From positions 800,001-864,000 of the forward strand of contig CAWBEI010000002.1 in the NCBI GenBank assembly GCA_963787835.1: a stretch of DNA of 64,000 nucleotides, written 5' to 3'. The position numbers and the translations under genes are program-made. This document shows, piece after piece, positions 45,642-55,231 of the stretch (within the stretch, counting starts at the first letter, position 1; the number at the start of each line of letters is the position of its first letter). The DNA comes from Ignavibacteriota bacterium (GTDB lineage: Bacteria; Bacteroidota; Ignavibacteria; Palsa-1295). The notes under the pieces were generated by a model. The model did not search any database, was not told the origin of the DNA, and saw only the letters and a program-made list of their open reading frames with translations.

Positions 45642-46985
45642 TTGATGTCTCCAATGCCACGCAAAACATTTTTAAGCTCCTCACGCTCCGCACCCACGTA
45701 TGGAGTGGCGGAGGGTGAAGCCAATGGGCCACTCACCGTCACCTCTCTCACGAAGGCGATACGGGATACCCTCGAAACCGCTTTTACGGATGTGACGGTC
45801 GAGGGCGAAATATCGAATTTCATCGATCACCGCTCCGGCCACCGGTATTGGACTCTTAAGGATGCCGGAGCGCAGATCTCATGTGTCTTTTGGAAAACCC
45901 GTGCACTAAATTTCGATCTTCACGATGGAATGAAGGTCATTTGCCGGGGCAGGCTGACGGTCTATCCGCCGCGCGGAAATTATCAGCTCGATGTCTTCCA
46001 GGTACGACCAAGCGGTATCGGCGATCTGCAACAGGCGTACGAGGAGCGATACGAGCGGCTGCTGGCAGAAGGGTTGTTCGAGGAATCGCGCAAACGGCCC
46101 ATCCCACGGTTTCCGCAGGTCATTGGCATCGTCACCAGCGAGAATGGCGCGGCATTGCATGACATCCTGACCACCCTCCGCCGCCGTTACCCCATCGTCC
46201 GCGTGATCGTGCGACCCTGTGCCGTGCAAGGCGTCGGTGCGGAGTTGGAGATCGCGCGAGCGATACAGGAATTTAACTTAATTACGAATTACGAATTTCA
46301 AATTACGAATGAGGACGAATCCAAAAAAGCAATTCGTAATTCGCAATTCGTAATTCGTAATTCCCCCCGCCCCGACCTCCTCATCGTCGGCCGCGGCGGT
46401 GGCTCGCTGGAAGACTTATGGTGCTTTAACGAAGAAGCCGTTGCCCGGGCGATCTATACGTCGAAAATTCCTGTCATTAGCGCAGTAGGGCACGAAGTAG
46501 ATTTCACCATCGCCGATTGCGTCGCCGATCTGCGCGCACCAACACCCACCGCAGCAGCAGAGCTTGCCACGCCGAATCAGGAAGAACTTATTTCTGCGAT
46601 CAATGGCAGTCGCATTGGCCTTACTCGTCTTATGCGGCAAGAAATTGCCATGCTCCAGCGGCATATCACACAAGCTTCCGATGCTCGGTCGCTTGCCATA
46701 GCCATGGTAAACGCGACCCGAACCCTGCGGGAACGAATGAATGCCGAAATATTAGATGCGTCCCGCTCCGTCATCCATTCCCTCGAACGCCGCAGATTAA
46801 AGCTCGAACGCGATACCGCAAAACTGGCCGCCATGAACCCCGACCGCGTGCTCGACCGTGGCTTCACCGCGCTGGAATCCACCGATGGCGAAATCATCCC
46901 GCGCCTCTCGCAGCTCCTCACACGCGATGAAAAAAACGGCATCCTCGTCTTCGCCGATGGAAGGATCACGGTGAGGTTCGATTGA
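45642..46985 (+). CDS. xseA: Exodeoxyribonuclease VII large subunit
   Basis: VEGEISN, SGHRYWTLKD, IGIVTS..GAALHDI, GRGGGSLEDLWCFN, SAVGHEVD, APTPTAAAE. Confidence 0.96.
   Translation: MMSPMPRKTFLSSSRSAPTYGVAEGEANGPLTVTSLTKAIRDTLETAFTDVTVEGEISNFIDHRSGHRYWTLKDAGAQISCVFWKTRALNFDLHDGMKVICRGRLTVYPPRGNYQLDVFQVRPSGIGDLQQAYEERYERLLAEGLFEESRKRPIPRFPQVIGIVTSENGAALHDILTTLRRRYPIVRVIVRPCAVQGVGAELEIARAIQEFNLITNYEFQITNEDESKKAIRNSQFVIRNSPRPDLLIVGRGGGSLEDLWCFNEEAVARAIYTSKIPVISAVGHEVDFTIADCVADLRAPTPTAAAELATPNQEELISAINGSRIGLTRLMRQEIAMLQRHITQASDARSLAIAMVNATRTLRERMNAEILDASRSVIHSLERRRLKLERDTAKLAAMNPDRVLDRGFTALESTDGEIIPRLSQLLTRDEKNGILVFADGRITVRFD
46280..46362. repeat. In-frame inverted heptamer (AATTACG/CGTAATT) repeat within xseA
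   Basis: AATTACGAATTACGAATTTCAAATTACGAAT ... AATTCGTAATTCGCAATTCGTAATTCGTAATT. Confidence 0.88.
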
Positions 46986-47026
46986 AAAAAGGAGTGATTT
47001 GCTAAATCTTCGCTGTTCAACACATA

Positions 47027-47314
47027 ATGCCTCCTCGAAAACAAGAACCATCCCCCAGCTTCGAATCCGAATTCGAACGCCTTTCCACGATAGTTGATCG
47101 GCTCGAACAGGGTAATGTGCCTCTGGCCGAAATGCTGACACTTTATGAGGAAGCCATGACGCTTTCCGCCAAGTTGAAATCTGTCCTGACCCAAGCTGAA
47201 CTTCGCGTAGAAAAGCTCGCCACAGTGCATGAGGAAATGACCATGGATGATCGATCATCCACCTCCGAGACATCAGAAATGAACGATTTGCCCGAATCCG
47301 AGGATTTATTCTGA
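47027..47314 (+). CDS. xseB: Exodeoxyribonuclease VII small subunit
   Basis: SFE..FERL..IV.RLE.G.VPL..ML.LYEE; follows xseA. Confidence 0.92.
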   Translation: MPPRKQEPSPSFESEFERLSTIVDRLEQGNVPLAEMLTLYEEAMTLSAKLKSVLTQAELRVEKLATVHEEMTMDDRSSTSETSEMNDLPESEDLF

Positions 47315-47364
47315 TTGATAGGTAACATGCACCAAATGCGCTCGTTAGCTCTGTTTACGCACCT

Positions 47365-49401
47365 ATGACCAACGCCTACCCCCTCCTCGATACCATCAAC
47401 ACCCCCGAAGACCTTCGGACGCACCCCGTTAGCGATCTCGAAGCGATCTCGGCGGATGTGCGCGAGTATCTCATTGATTCTATCGCCCAGACAGGAGGCC
47501 ATTTCGGCGCGGGATTAGGAGTCGTCGAGTTGACGGTTGCGCTGCATTATGCGCTAAATACGCCGAAGGATAAACTGATCTGGGATGTCGGGCATCAGGC
47601 GTATCCACACAAAATTTTAACGGGAAGGAAAGACCGTCTTTCCACCATTCGCCAAAAAGATGGCCTTGCACCATTCCTGAAACGCGAAGAGAGCGAATAC
47701 GATGTCTTCGGCGCGGGACATGCATCCACTTCCATCAGCGCCGCGCTTGGTATCGCAACCGCGCGCGATTACAATGGCGAGAACTATAAAGTAGCCGCCG
47801 TCATCGGCGATGGTTCCATGACGGGCGGCATTGCCTACGAAGCGCTGAATAATTGCGGGATGCTGAAGAAGGATATTCTCGTCATCCTGAACGACAACCA
47901 AATGTCCATCGCACCGAACGTGTGGGCGATGCACGAACATTTTAATTCCCTTCTCACCAATCCCGCGCTTCGCAAGATAAAAGATCAGGTGTGGGATGTG
48001 CTCGATGGCCACAGCAAATTGCGCTATGCCGGTTCCAAGCTCGTCGATGCCATGAAGGCCGTTATGACGCCGGGAATGATGTTCGAAGCCCTCGGCTTCA
48101 AATATTTCGGTCCCGTGAGCGGACATAACGTCGTCAAACTCGTCGAGATGCTCAAATTTTTGGAAGTGCAAACGGGGCCGCTCCTCCTGCACGTCATCAC
48201 CGAAAAGGGACACGGCTACGCACCGGCGGAGTCCCATGTACAGAAATACCATGCAGCGAGCGGCGCATTCGATAAGATCACCGGAGCAGCCATTCCAAAG
48301 CCCGTTACCTCGCCTCAGCCGCCGGAATATACCAAAGTGTTCGGCAAAGCAATGGTCGAGATCTGCAAAGCTAATCCGAAAGTGGTTGGTATTACAGCCG
48401 CCATGCCGGACGGCACCGGACTCAACATTCTCCAAAAAGAAGTTCCAGATAAATTCTTCGATGTCGGTATTGCAGAGCAGCATGCCGTTACGTTCGCAGC
48501 AGGCATGGCGACAGAGGGATTCATTCCCGTCTGCGCGATCTACTCCACTTTCCTTCAGCGCGCCTTCGATCAGATCATTCATGATGTCGCGCTGCAAAAC
48601 CTGCCGGTTGTGTTCGCCATGGATCGCGCAGGACTCGTCGGCGCCGACGGCCCCACGCATCACGGCGCATTCGATCTCGCCTATCTCCGCCTCATCCCGA
48701 ACATGACGATCATGGTTCCTAAAGATGAGCAGGAACTGCGGGACATGCTTTATACCGCAACTTCGCGCAACGTATTGCTAAATGTAGCGCAAACTTTAGT
48801 TTGCGACCCCGACCCCGAATCGCAAACTAAAGAATCGCAAACTAAAGTTTGCGCTACATTGGGTGATGCGGGGCCAGTCGCGATAAGATATCCTCGCGGC
48901 ACAGGCATTGGAGTACCGTTGGCAGATGAAGGGTTCCGCGCACTGCCCATCGGCCAGGGCGAAATGATGCGCGATGGCAGTGATGCCGTCATCATCGGTG
49001 TCGGCCCATTGCTCTACGATGCCATCAAAGCCGCCGAAGATCTGGAGCGGGAAAGTATTTCAGTGGCCGTGGCAAATGCGCGTTTTGTAAAACCGCTCGA
49101 CACCGCACTGCTCGATGCGCTTGCGGCAAGATTCAAACATATCATCACACTCGAAGAAGGCACCATTAACGGCGGCTTCGGCAGCGCCGTAGCGGAATTC
49201 CTCGCAGAGCGAGCGATCCAGCATCCGTCATCTCCGATTCCTCATCCCTCCATCATTGGTCTTCCCGACCACTTTATCGAGCACGGCGCGCCCGCCGGAT
49301 TGCTCGCCGATGTCGGCCTCACCCGCGAAGGCATCCGCGACCGTGTCAGGGCATGCGTCCTCGCCGGACGTATGGCAGAAGCAACCGGCGTTGCTCCCTA
49401 A
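47365..49401 (+). CDS. dxs: 1-deoxy-D-xylulose-5-phosphate synthase
   Basis: GGHFGAGLGVVEL, WDVGHQAYPHK, GHASTSISA, GDGSMTGG, DVGIAEQHA, DRAGLVGADGPTHHG, IRYPRG. Confidence 0.97.
   Translation: MTNAYPLLDTINTPEDLRTHPVSDLEAISADVREYLIDSIAQTGGHFGAGLGVVELTVALHYALNTPKDKLIWDVGHQAYPHKILTGRKDRLSTIRQKDGLAPFLKREESEYDVFGAGHASTSISAALGIATARDYNGENYKVAAVIGDGSMTGGIAYEALNNCGMLKKDILVILNDNQMSIAPNVWAMHEHFNSLLTNPALRKIKDQVWDVLDGHSKLRYAGSKLVDAMKAVMTPGMMFEALGFKYFGPVSGHNVVKLVEMLKFLEVQTGPLLLHVITEKGHGYAPAESHVQKYHAASGAFDKITGAAIPKPVTSPQPPEYTKVFGKAMVEICKANPKVVGITAAMPDGTGLNILQKEVPDKFFDVGIAEQHAVTFAAGMATEGFIPVCAIYSTFLQRAFDQIIHDVALQNLPVVFAMDRAGLVGADGPTHHGAFDLAYLRLIPNMTIMVPKDEQELRDMLYTATSRNVLLNVAQTLVCDPDPESQTKESQTKVCATLGDAGPVAIRYPRGTGIGVPLADEGFRALPIGQGEMMRDGSDAVIIGVGPLLYDAIKAAEDLERESISVAVANARFVKPLDTALLDALAARFKHIITLEEGTINGGFGSAVAEFLAERAIQHPSSPIPHPSIIGLPDHFIEHGAPAGLLADVGLTREGIRDRVRACVLAGRMAEATGVAP
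48781..48860. repeat. GTAG-capped palindrome in frame within dxs
   Basis: Perfect 26-bp arms AATGTAGCGCAAACTTTAGTTTGCGA / TCGCAAACTAAAGTTTGCGCTACATT. Confidence 0.88.
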
Positions 49402-49419
49402 TCAGTTGTCCAATAGCAC

Positions 49420-49565
49420 GTCATCCTGAGCGGAGCAAGACGCAGCGACAGCGGAGTCTTGCGCAGTCGAAGGATCTCTGGTCGTTCACCGCATTGCTAA
49501 ACTGAAAGAGATCCTTCGACTTCGCAATCTGACGCTCCGCGCCTGATTGCTCCGCTCAGGATGAC
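49420..49565. mobile_element. 146-bp MITE-like palindromic element, copy 3
   Basis: GTCATCCTGAGCGGAGCAA ... TTGCTCCGCTCAGGATGAC. Confidence 0.8.
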
Positions 49566-49673
49566 ATGTAAATTTTCACCCGGCCTGAAAGCGCGGGCAC
49601 AACCGATTTTCCACAAAGATTTATAGCCCAAATTAGCCTAATTTGAGGCTTTTTTCATTTTTCTAAAGATTTT

Positions 49674-49713
49674 TTTGTAACCCGAGCGACCCAGAGCGAT
49701 TTACTATTGGGGA
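49674..49713 (+). promoter_or_regulatory. Conserved upstream motif shared with 19099-19139
   Basis: TTTGTAACCCGAGCGACCCAGAGCGATTTACTATTGGGGA. Confidence 0.6.
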
Positions 49714-52473
49714 GTGCCCGCTCGCACCTCTAAATTGCACCATCTTTCGGTCCAAAAAATGAAAAAATTACTTCTGTTTCCCGTCCTTCTCAGCCTCTGG
49801 TTCGGCTCGGCAAGCGCACAGCTTTCCAGCGCGATCACCTCCCAAATTCACGACCCATCCTTCTCAACTGGCCGGGATTTTTGGCTTGCACTTCCATCGA
49901 ATGCATGGGATACGAACTATGGTGGAAAATACAACCGAATTTTTATCTCGGCGACGCAAAATACCACGGCCTGGGTCGAGTATGAAGGCGAGCGGGACAG
50001 CATCCCTGTCTATGCTTATAAAACCTCTCAATACATATTCCCATTAACCCTTGAGATGGAGTCAAGCGGCTATGTGGAAAATAAGGGCATCCATATCTAT
50101 TCCAAGGATGCTAATCTTTCCGTGTATTACCTATCTCACCAGCCTTACAGTTCGGATGGTTCCTATATCATTCCCACCATCGGCTGGGGTACAGATTATA
50201 TTGTAGCTGCGTATGGCTCGGCCTTCACATCTGGCGCGAACTTGCCCAATGATCTTCCTTCCGAATGTATCATTGTTGCGGAGGAAGATAGTACATCCGT
50301 AACTATTACTCCTTCGTGCGATTGCCGTCAGGACAGGAGCGGGAACATTAATGGCGATGCCGCTTCGATCGTCGTAGTTTTTCCACAAGGTCAGCCAGCC
50401 ACCTTTCCACTCAATCGCGGCCAATCACTGCAACTCATGCCCGTAAAAGCACAGGATCCGGACAATTACGATATGACTGGCTCCATCATTCACTCGAACC
50501 ATCCCATCGGTGTGATCGGAGCGTCGATGCAGCCGCAGATACCGGCCGAGGACCCCTATGGCGATTTTGTCTGCGAGATGATCCCACCCATCCGGACATG
50601 GGGCGAGGCATACTATGCGACTAATCCCCAACAGCCAGAAGGTTCGACGGATGATTTTGCACGCTATTTATTCATTGGGTCCGTACCAGGACAGGAGATT
50701 GATCGCTACGATTACGAAACAGGTAGTCATGTCGAATGTATTGTTCCCAATCAATATGGGGTTGTTTGGGACGAATTGGAGCTTGGTCAAAGGTTTACGA
50801 GCGCAGAGCCGTTTCTTTGCGTCTCTTACATTAACAGTTCGACGTTCCCCGATGGGGCTAATAGCAATGGTGATCCTGCCGAGTGCATCATTCCTCCGAA
50901 GGAGCAATTTAGGACTTCCCTCGTATTCCAGACACCACAAAGCGTAGGAAACCTTGTGCCATACGACAATTACGTAAGTCTCATTTGCCGAGATAGTGAT
51001 GCGAAATATACCCTCTTTGATGGAAAAAGTATTCTTGGCCTTGGCACGCAACCCGTTGACGGCACCTTTGAAATATTTACTGTCCCCCATGTCGCTCCCG
51101 GCGTGCATACCGCTGTGCAGGATCTTGTAAAGGATACAACTGCTGCCGGCGTGGGAGTGTATCTCTATGGCTACGGTTTTGACGAAACGTATGCCTGGTC
51201 GTCCCCTTCCGGCGCCGGAACGTTTCACTCGCGGGATTCCGTCCCGCCAGTTGCGAATATGTCGATGGCGTGCTATCAGGGAATTGTTTCCGTTACCGAT
51301 TCCGGGAATCTTCCGGATAGCCTCGGCACGCAAAGCGGGCTTGCCGCAATATGGCCTGACACCAACTATAACATGACCTTTCAACCCGATTCCGATTGGG
51401 TCGAAGGTTCCGGGGCAGACACCAGCGGGTTCACCGTGTCGGTGATCGACCCAAAGGAACCTGGTATCATTACGGTCGAGGTCTATGATCTTGCCGGGAA
51501 CCTCACAACATTCACGACGACCTACAAAGCTTTCTATCCTGAGATCGAGCCACCGATCCAGAATCTCGGCGTGTGGCAAATTGGCACTCCCGCGAATATA
51601 GCGTATGACACTCTTTTCAATTTAGGGCAGGATACGATAACCCTTACTGAACTCCGATTGAAATATGGCAACGTAGGATTTTCGATCTACGATAGTGTAG
51701 GTGGACCAGTCGATCTATCGCCACTACTTCCGGGCCGATATAGATTGATACAGATCCAATTTGGAGCACAAAAAGCTACCGCTGTCACCGATAGCATCAT
51801 CTACGGCAATACCTGCGAACTGCAAGCGGTTGCGGTCATTGGCAGCGGCGGCGCAGCAGACTTTGCTGTTACAAGCCAAACTTGGTCCGATGAGCCGCTG
51901 GAGCCAGGCATGTGCTATCCAAAGACGGTCACGATAGAAAATCTTTCAAGAAGCCCTATCACCATTGACAGCGTTTGGTGGGCAGATAAAATTCATTTCC
52001 AAATGGTCAGTACCTTTGTGGTAACTGTTCCGCCTTCGCCGGGTAGTGTATCGTTCACCATCGACTACTGCCCCGATTCTAATTCCCTTCTGCATCCCGA
52101 TCGCACACAGGCAAGTTGGTTCAGCCCGCAAGTGTTGAAATCGGATGGCAGTGGCGCACAAGACCCGCGCTTCGATAGCCTCATTGGATGGGCAACAGCA
52201 CCACTCGGCGTGGATGGTGAGAACATTCCATCGCTAAACGCTACGATCATTCCCATCGAGGGCGGTCGCTCGCTTGAGATCGTGCTGCCAGAAAGTATAG
52301 ATGTTCCCATCCATTTCGAATTGGTAAATGTGCTGGGCGAAAGCGTTCAACAGACTGTGCTCGGCACAGGTACTCAAACTTTAGATGAAAGTGCGCTGCC
52401 GCGAGGGGTGTATTTTTACCGGCTCACATCCGGGACTTTAAGCCAGAACGGGAAGGTTATTTTAGGACAGTAA
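49714..52473 (+). CDS. Secreted IgGFc-binding N-terminal domain protein with T9SS CTD (paralog 1; likely start MKKLLL)
   Basis: GRDFWL, SSDGSYIIPT.GWG..Y, LNRGQ, SNHPIGV, LYGYG..ETYAW; CTD NVLGE...PRGVYFYR. Confidence 0.8.
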   Translation: MPARTSKLHHLSVQKMKKLLLFPVLLSLWFGSASAQLSSAITSQIHDPSFSTGRDFWLALPSNAWDTNYGGKYNRIFISATQNTTAWVEYEGERDSIPVYAYKTSQYIFPLTLEMESSGYVENKGIHIYSKDANLSVYYLSHQPYSSDGSYIIPTIGWGTDYIVAAYGSAFTSGANLPNDLPSECIIVAEEDSTSVTITPSCDCRQDRSGNINGDAASIVVVFPQGQPATFPLNRGQSLQLMPVKAQDPDNYDMTGSIIHSNHPIGVIGASMQPQIPAEDPYGDFVCEMIPPIRTWGEAYYATNPQQPEGSTDDFARYLFIGSVPGQEIDRYDYETGSHVECIVPNQYGVVWDELELGQRFTSAEPFLCVSYINSSTFPDGANSNGDPAECIIPPKEQFRTSLVFQTPQSVGNLVPYDNYVSLICRDSDAKYTLFDGKSILGLGTQPVDGTFEIFTVPHVAPGVHTAVQDLVKDTTAAGVGVYLYGYGFDETYAWSSPSGAGTFHSRDSVPPVANMSMACYQGIVSVTDSGNLPDSLGTQSGLAAIWPDTNYNMTFQPDSDWVEGSGADTSGFTVSVIDPKEPGIITVEVYDLAGNLTTFTTTYKAFYPEIEPPIQNLGVWQIGTPANIAYDTLFNLGQDTITLTELRLKYGNVGFSIYDSVGGPVDLSPLLPGRYRLIQIQFGAQKATAVTDSIIYGNTCELQAVAVIGSGGAADFAVTSQTWSDEPLEPGMCYPKTVTIENLSRSPITIDSVWWADKIHFQMVSTFVVTVPPSPGSVSFTIDYCPDSNSLLHPDRTQASWFSPQVLKSDGSGAQDPRFDSLIGWATAPLGVDGENIPSLNATIIPIEGGRSLEIVLPESIDVPIHFELVNVLGESVQQTVLGTGTQTLDESALPRGVYFYRLTSGTLSQNGKVILGQ

Positions 52474-52477
52474 TTTT

Positions 52478-55231
52478 ATGAAAACAAGTACCATGAAACA
52501 TACTTACATCACACTCGCTGCGGCGATTTTGCTTGCGACATTTGGGTTATGTGAACCGGCGAATGCGCAGAATTCACTCATTCATAGCACCATCGTTAAA
52601 ACGCGCAACGCCCCGCCGACCGAAGGCCGGGATTTTTGGTTCGCGATGATGTCCAACTACTGGGGCGAAGACTTAGGCGGGAAGTATATGCGTATTTACA
52701 TTACTTCCCCTCAAAATTGCACCGCATTTATTACCTCGAATGGTAATACAACCCCCGTACCGGTTCAAGCCTATCAGATCTCCAGTTTCAAAATTCCGGA
52801 GTTCTGGGAAATGGAGTCCAGCGGCATCGTGGAGGACAAGGCGATCCATGTTTATTGCCCGACCGCTGATCTTGCGGTCTATGATATATCCCACAATCCT
52901 TACACGTCGGATGGTTCATATATCATTCCCACGATCGGCTGGGGCACGGATTATGTCGTAGCTGCTTACGGTTCCCTTTTCGAAGGTTCGGGTTCTTATG
53001 TCTATGATCTGCCTTCCACGATGGTTGTCGTCGCAGATCAGGATAATACCACTGTTACGATCACGCCCTCCTGCGATTGCCGCCAATGCACGAGTGGAGA
53101 CAATTCCGGAGATGCCAACTCGACGATCCTTGCGTACCCGAAGGGTGTTCCCGTTCAGTTCCAGCTTAATCGCGGCCAAAGTTTGCAGATGATGCCCGTC
53201 AAAGCGACGGACCCCAACGATTTCGATATGACGGGCACAATCGTTCATGCAAATCAGCCCATCGGCGTTTCCGGCGGATCGGTCTGCCCGAATATACCCG
53301 CTAATTTCCCATACTGCGACCATGTGGAAGATATGATCCCTCCGGTGCGTACCTGGGGAACCACATACTACGCAACCAGCTTCATTCAGCCTCCTGGAAT
53401 GACCGGCCATGATTTTGCGCGTTACTTATTTATTTCTTCTGTTCCCGGTCAGGAGATCGATCGCTACGATGCCACCACCGGCGGCCATATTGAATGTATC
53501 ATTCCCAATAAATATGGTTTCTATTGGGATGAACTTGCTCTCGGGCAAAAGTTTACCAGCAAAGAACCGTTCCTCTGTGTATCGTACATCAATAGCTCTA
53601 CCTATCCGGATGGAAGCAATGGTCTGGGCGATCCTGCCGAGTGCATTGTCAATCCAAAGGAGCAATTTACGAAGTCGGTCATATTTGCGACGCCACTAAG
53701 TGTTGGCAATATCGTCCCTTACGATGACTATGCAAATATCATTTGCCGCGACAGCGATGCGAAATACACGATGTTCGATGGAAAGGGTATTGTTGGCTAC
53801 GGCGCCCAGCCGGTCGACGATACCTTCGAGATCTTTACAGTGCCTCATATCGCCGCCGGCACACATACGGTAGTGCAGGAGACTGCGCATGATTCCACAG
53901 CTGCCGGTGTCGGTGTATATATCTATGGCTACGGCTATGATGAATCCTACGCGTGGGCCAGCAGCTTCGGAACCGCAACATTCCACTCTCCGGATACCGT
54001 TGCGCCACTTGCCGATATGACCGCAGAGTGCTTCGCGGCATTCATCCATGTGAGCGATTCCGGCCTCTTACCGGATACGATCAACAAACAGAGTGGCCTT
54101 GCTGAGATACGGCTTGACTCGGCCTATAATATGGACTACGAACCAGATCCAGACTTTATTGAAGGGTCAGGAGCGGATTCCAGTGGTTATGGAATGTACG
54201 TCGTGGATCCGACCAAGCCGGCCATCCTTATCATCTCTGTGTTCGATCTTGCGGGCAATAAAACAACGATCACCAGTATTTACAAAACGCTCATTGATAG
54301 TATTGTGCCTCCGTTGCAATATCTTGGTGTATTCACCGTGGGCTAGCCTCCGCTTGTTGGTTACGATACCATTTACAATGTTGGACAGGATACTCTATAT
54401 ATGAACGATCTCCACTTGCGGTATGGGAACGTCGGATTTTCTATTTACGATAGCATCGGCGGCCCGTTAGACCTATCACCCCTCGCACCGGGGCAGCGCA
54501 GGCTTATCGAGATCCAATTTACTGAATTAAAACCACTTTCACAGGTCGATAGCATCATCCTTGTTGGTTCCTGTTTTTCAACGTCTGTGGCAGTCATTGG
54601 CAGCGGAGGCGCTGCAGATTTTATCGTTAGCAGTCAAACGTGGCCGGACGAACCCTTCACCGAGCCACCGACGTGCTATCCGAAGGCGGTCACGATTAGG
54701 AACCTTTCTAATCATCCGATCACCATCGATTCCGGATGGTGGGGAAATACGACCAATTTCCAGGCCGTCAGTACGTTCCCGGTTACCATTCCTGCTTCGC
54801 CAGCAAGCGTGCAATTCATTATCAACTATTGCCCCGATACCAATTCCACCATCACGCCAGATGGCACGCTGGGCATCTGGACCAGCCCGCAAGTGCTGGA
54901 CACCGATGGCAAGACGGAAATCCCCCACTTCGACAGCCTCATCGGCTGGGCTGTTTTGCTATCGTCTGTCAGCGAGCCAATTACTCCATCGCTCGAAGCC
55001 ACGATCCTTCCCGCAGAGGATGGCCACTCCTTGGAGATCGTGGTTCCATCCGGCGCGATCGGCCCGCTGCATTTTGAACTGGTGAATGTGCTCGGCGAGA
55101 GCGTTCAACAGGCTACACTTGGCACCGGCACGCGAACTTTAGATGAAAGCGCCCTCCCGCGAGGGGTATATTTTTACCGTCTTACATCGGGACAAATGAG
55201 CCAGAGTGGGAAGGTTATTCTCGGTCAATAA
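52478..55231 (+). pseudogene. IgGFc-binding/T9SS paralog 2, interrupted by one in-frame TAG (54344-54346)
   Basis: ORFs 52478-54346 and 54401-55231 are in the same frame. The sequence after the TAG (PPLVGYDTIYNVGQD) aligns with the paralogs. Confidence 0.75.

Noticed and set aside
46280-48860. Inteins or introns explaining the xseA and dxs inserts
   Set aside because: Inserts are under 35 aa, lack intein terminal motifs and are explained by DNA palindromes.
54344-54346. Genome-wide TAG recoding or pyrrolysine
   Set aside because: TAG terminates other genes here (glgP, portal, S8 peptidase), no pyl genes are present, and the position is not conserved.
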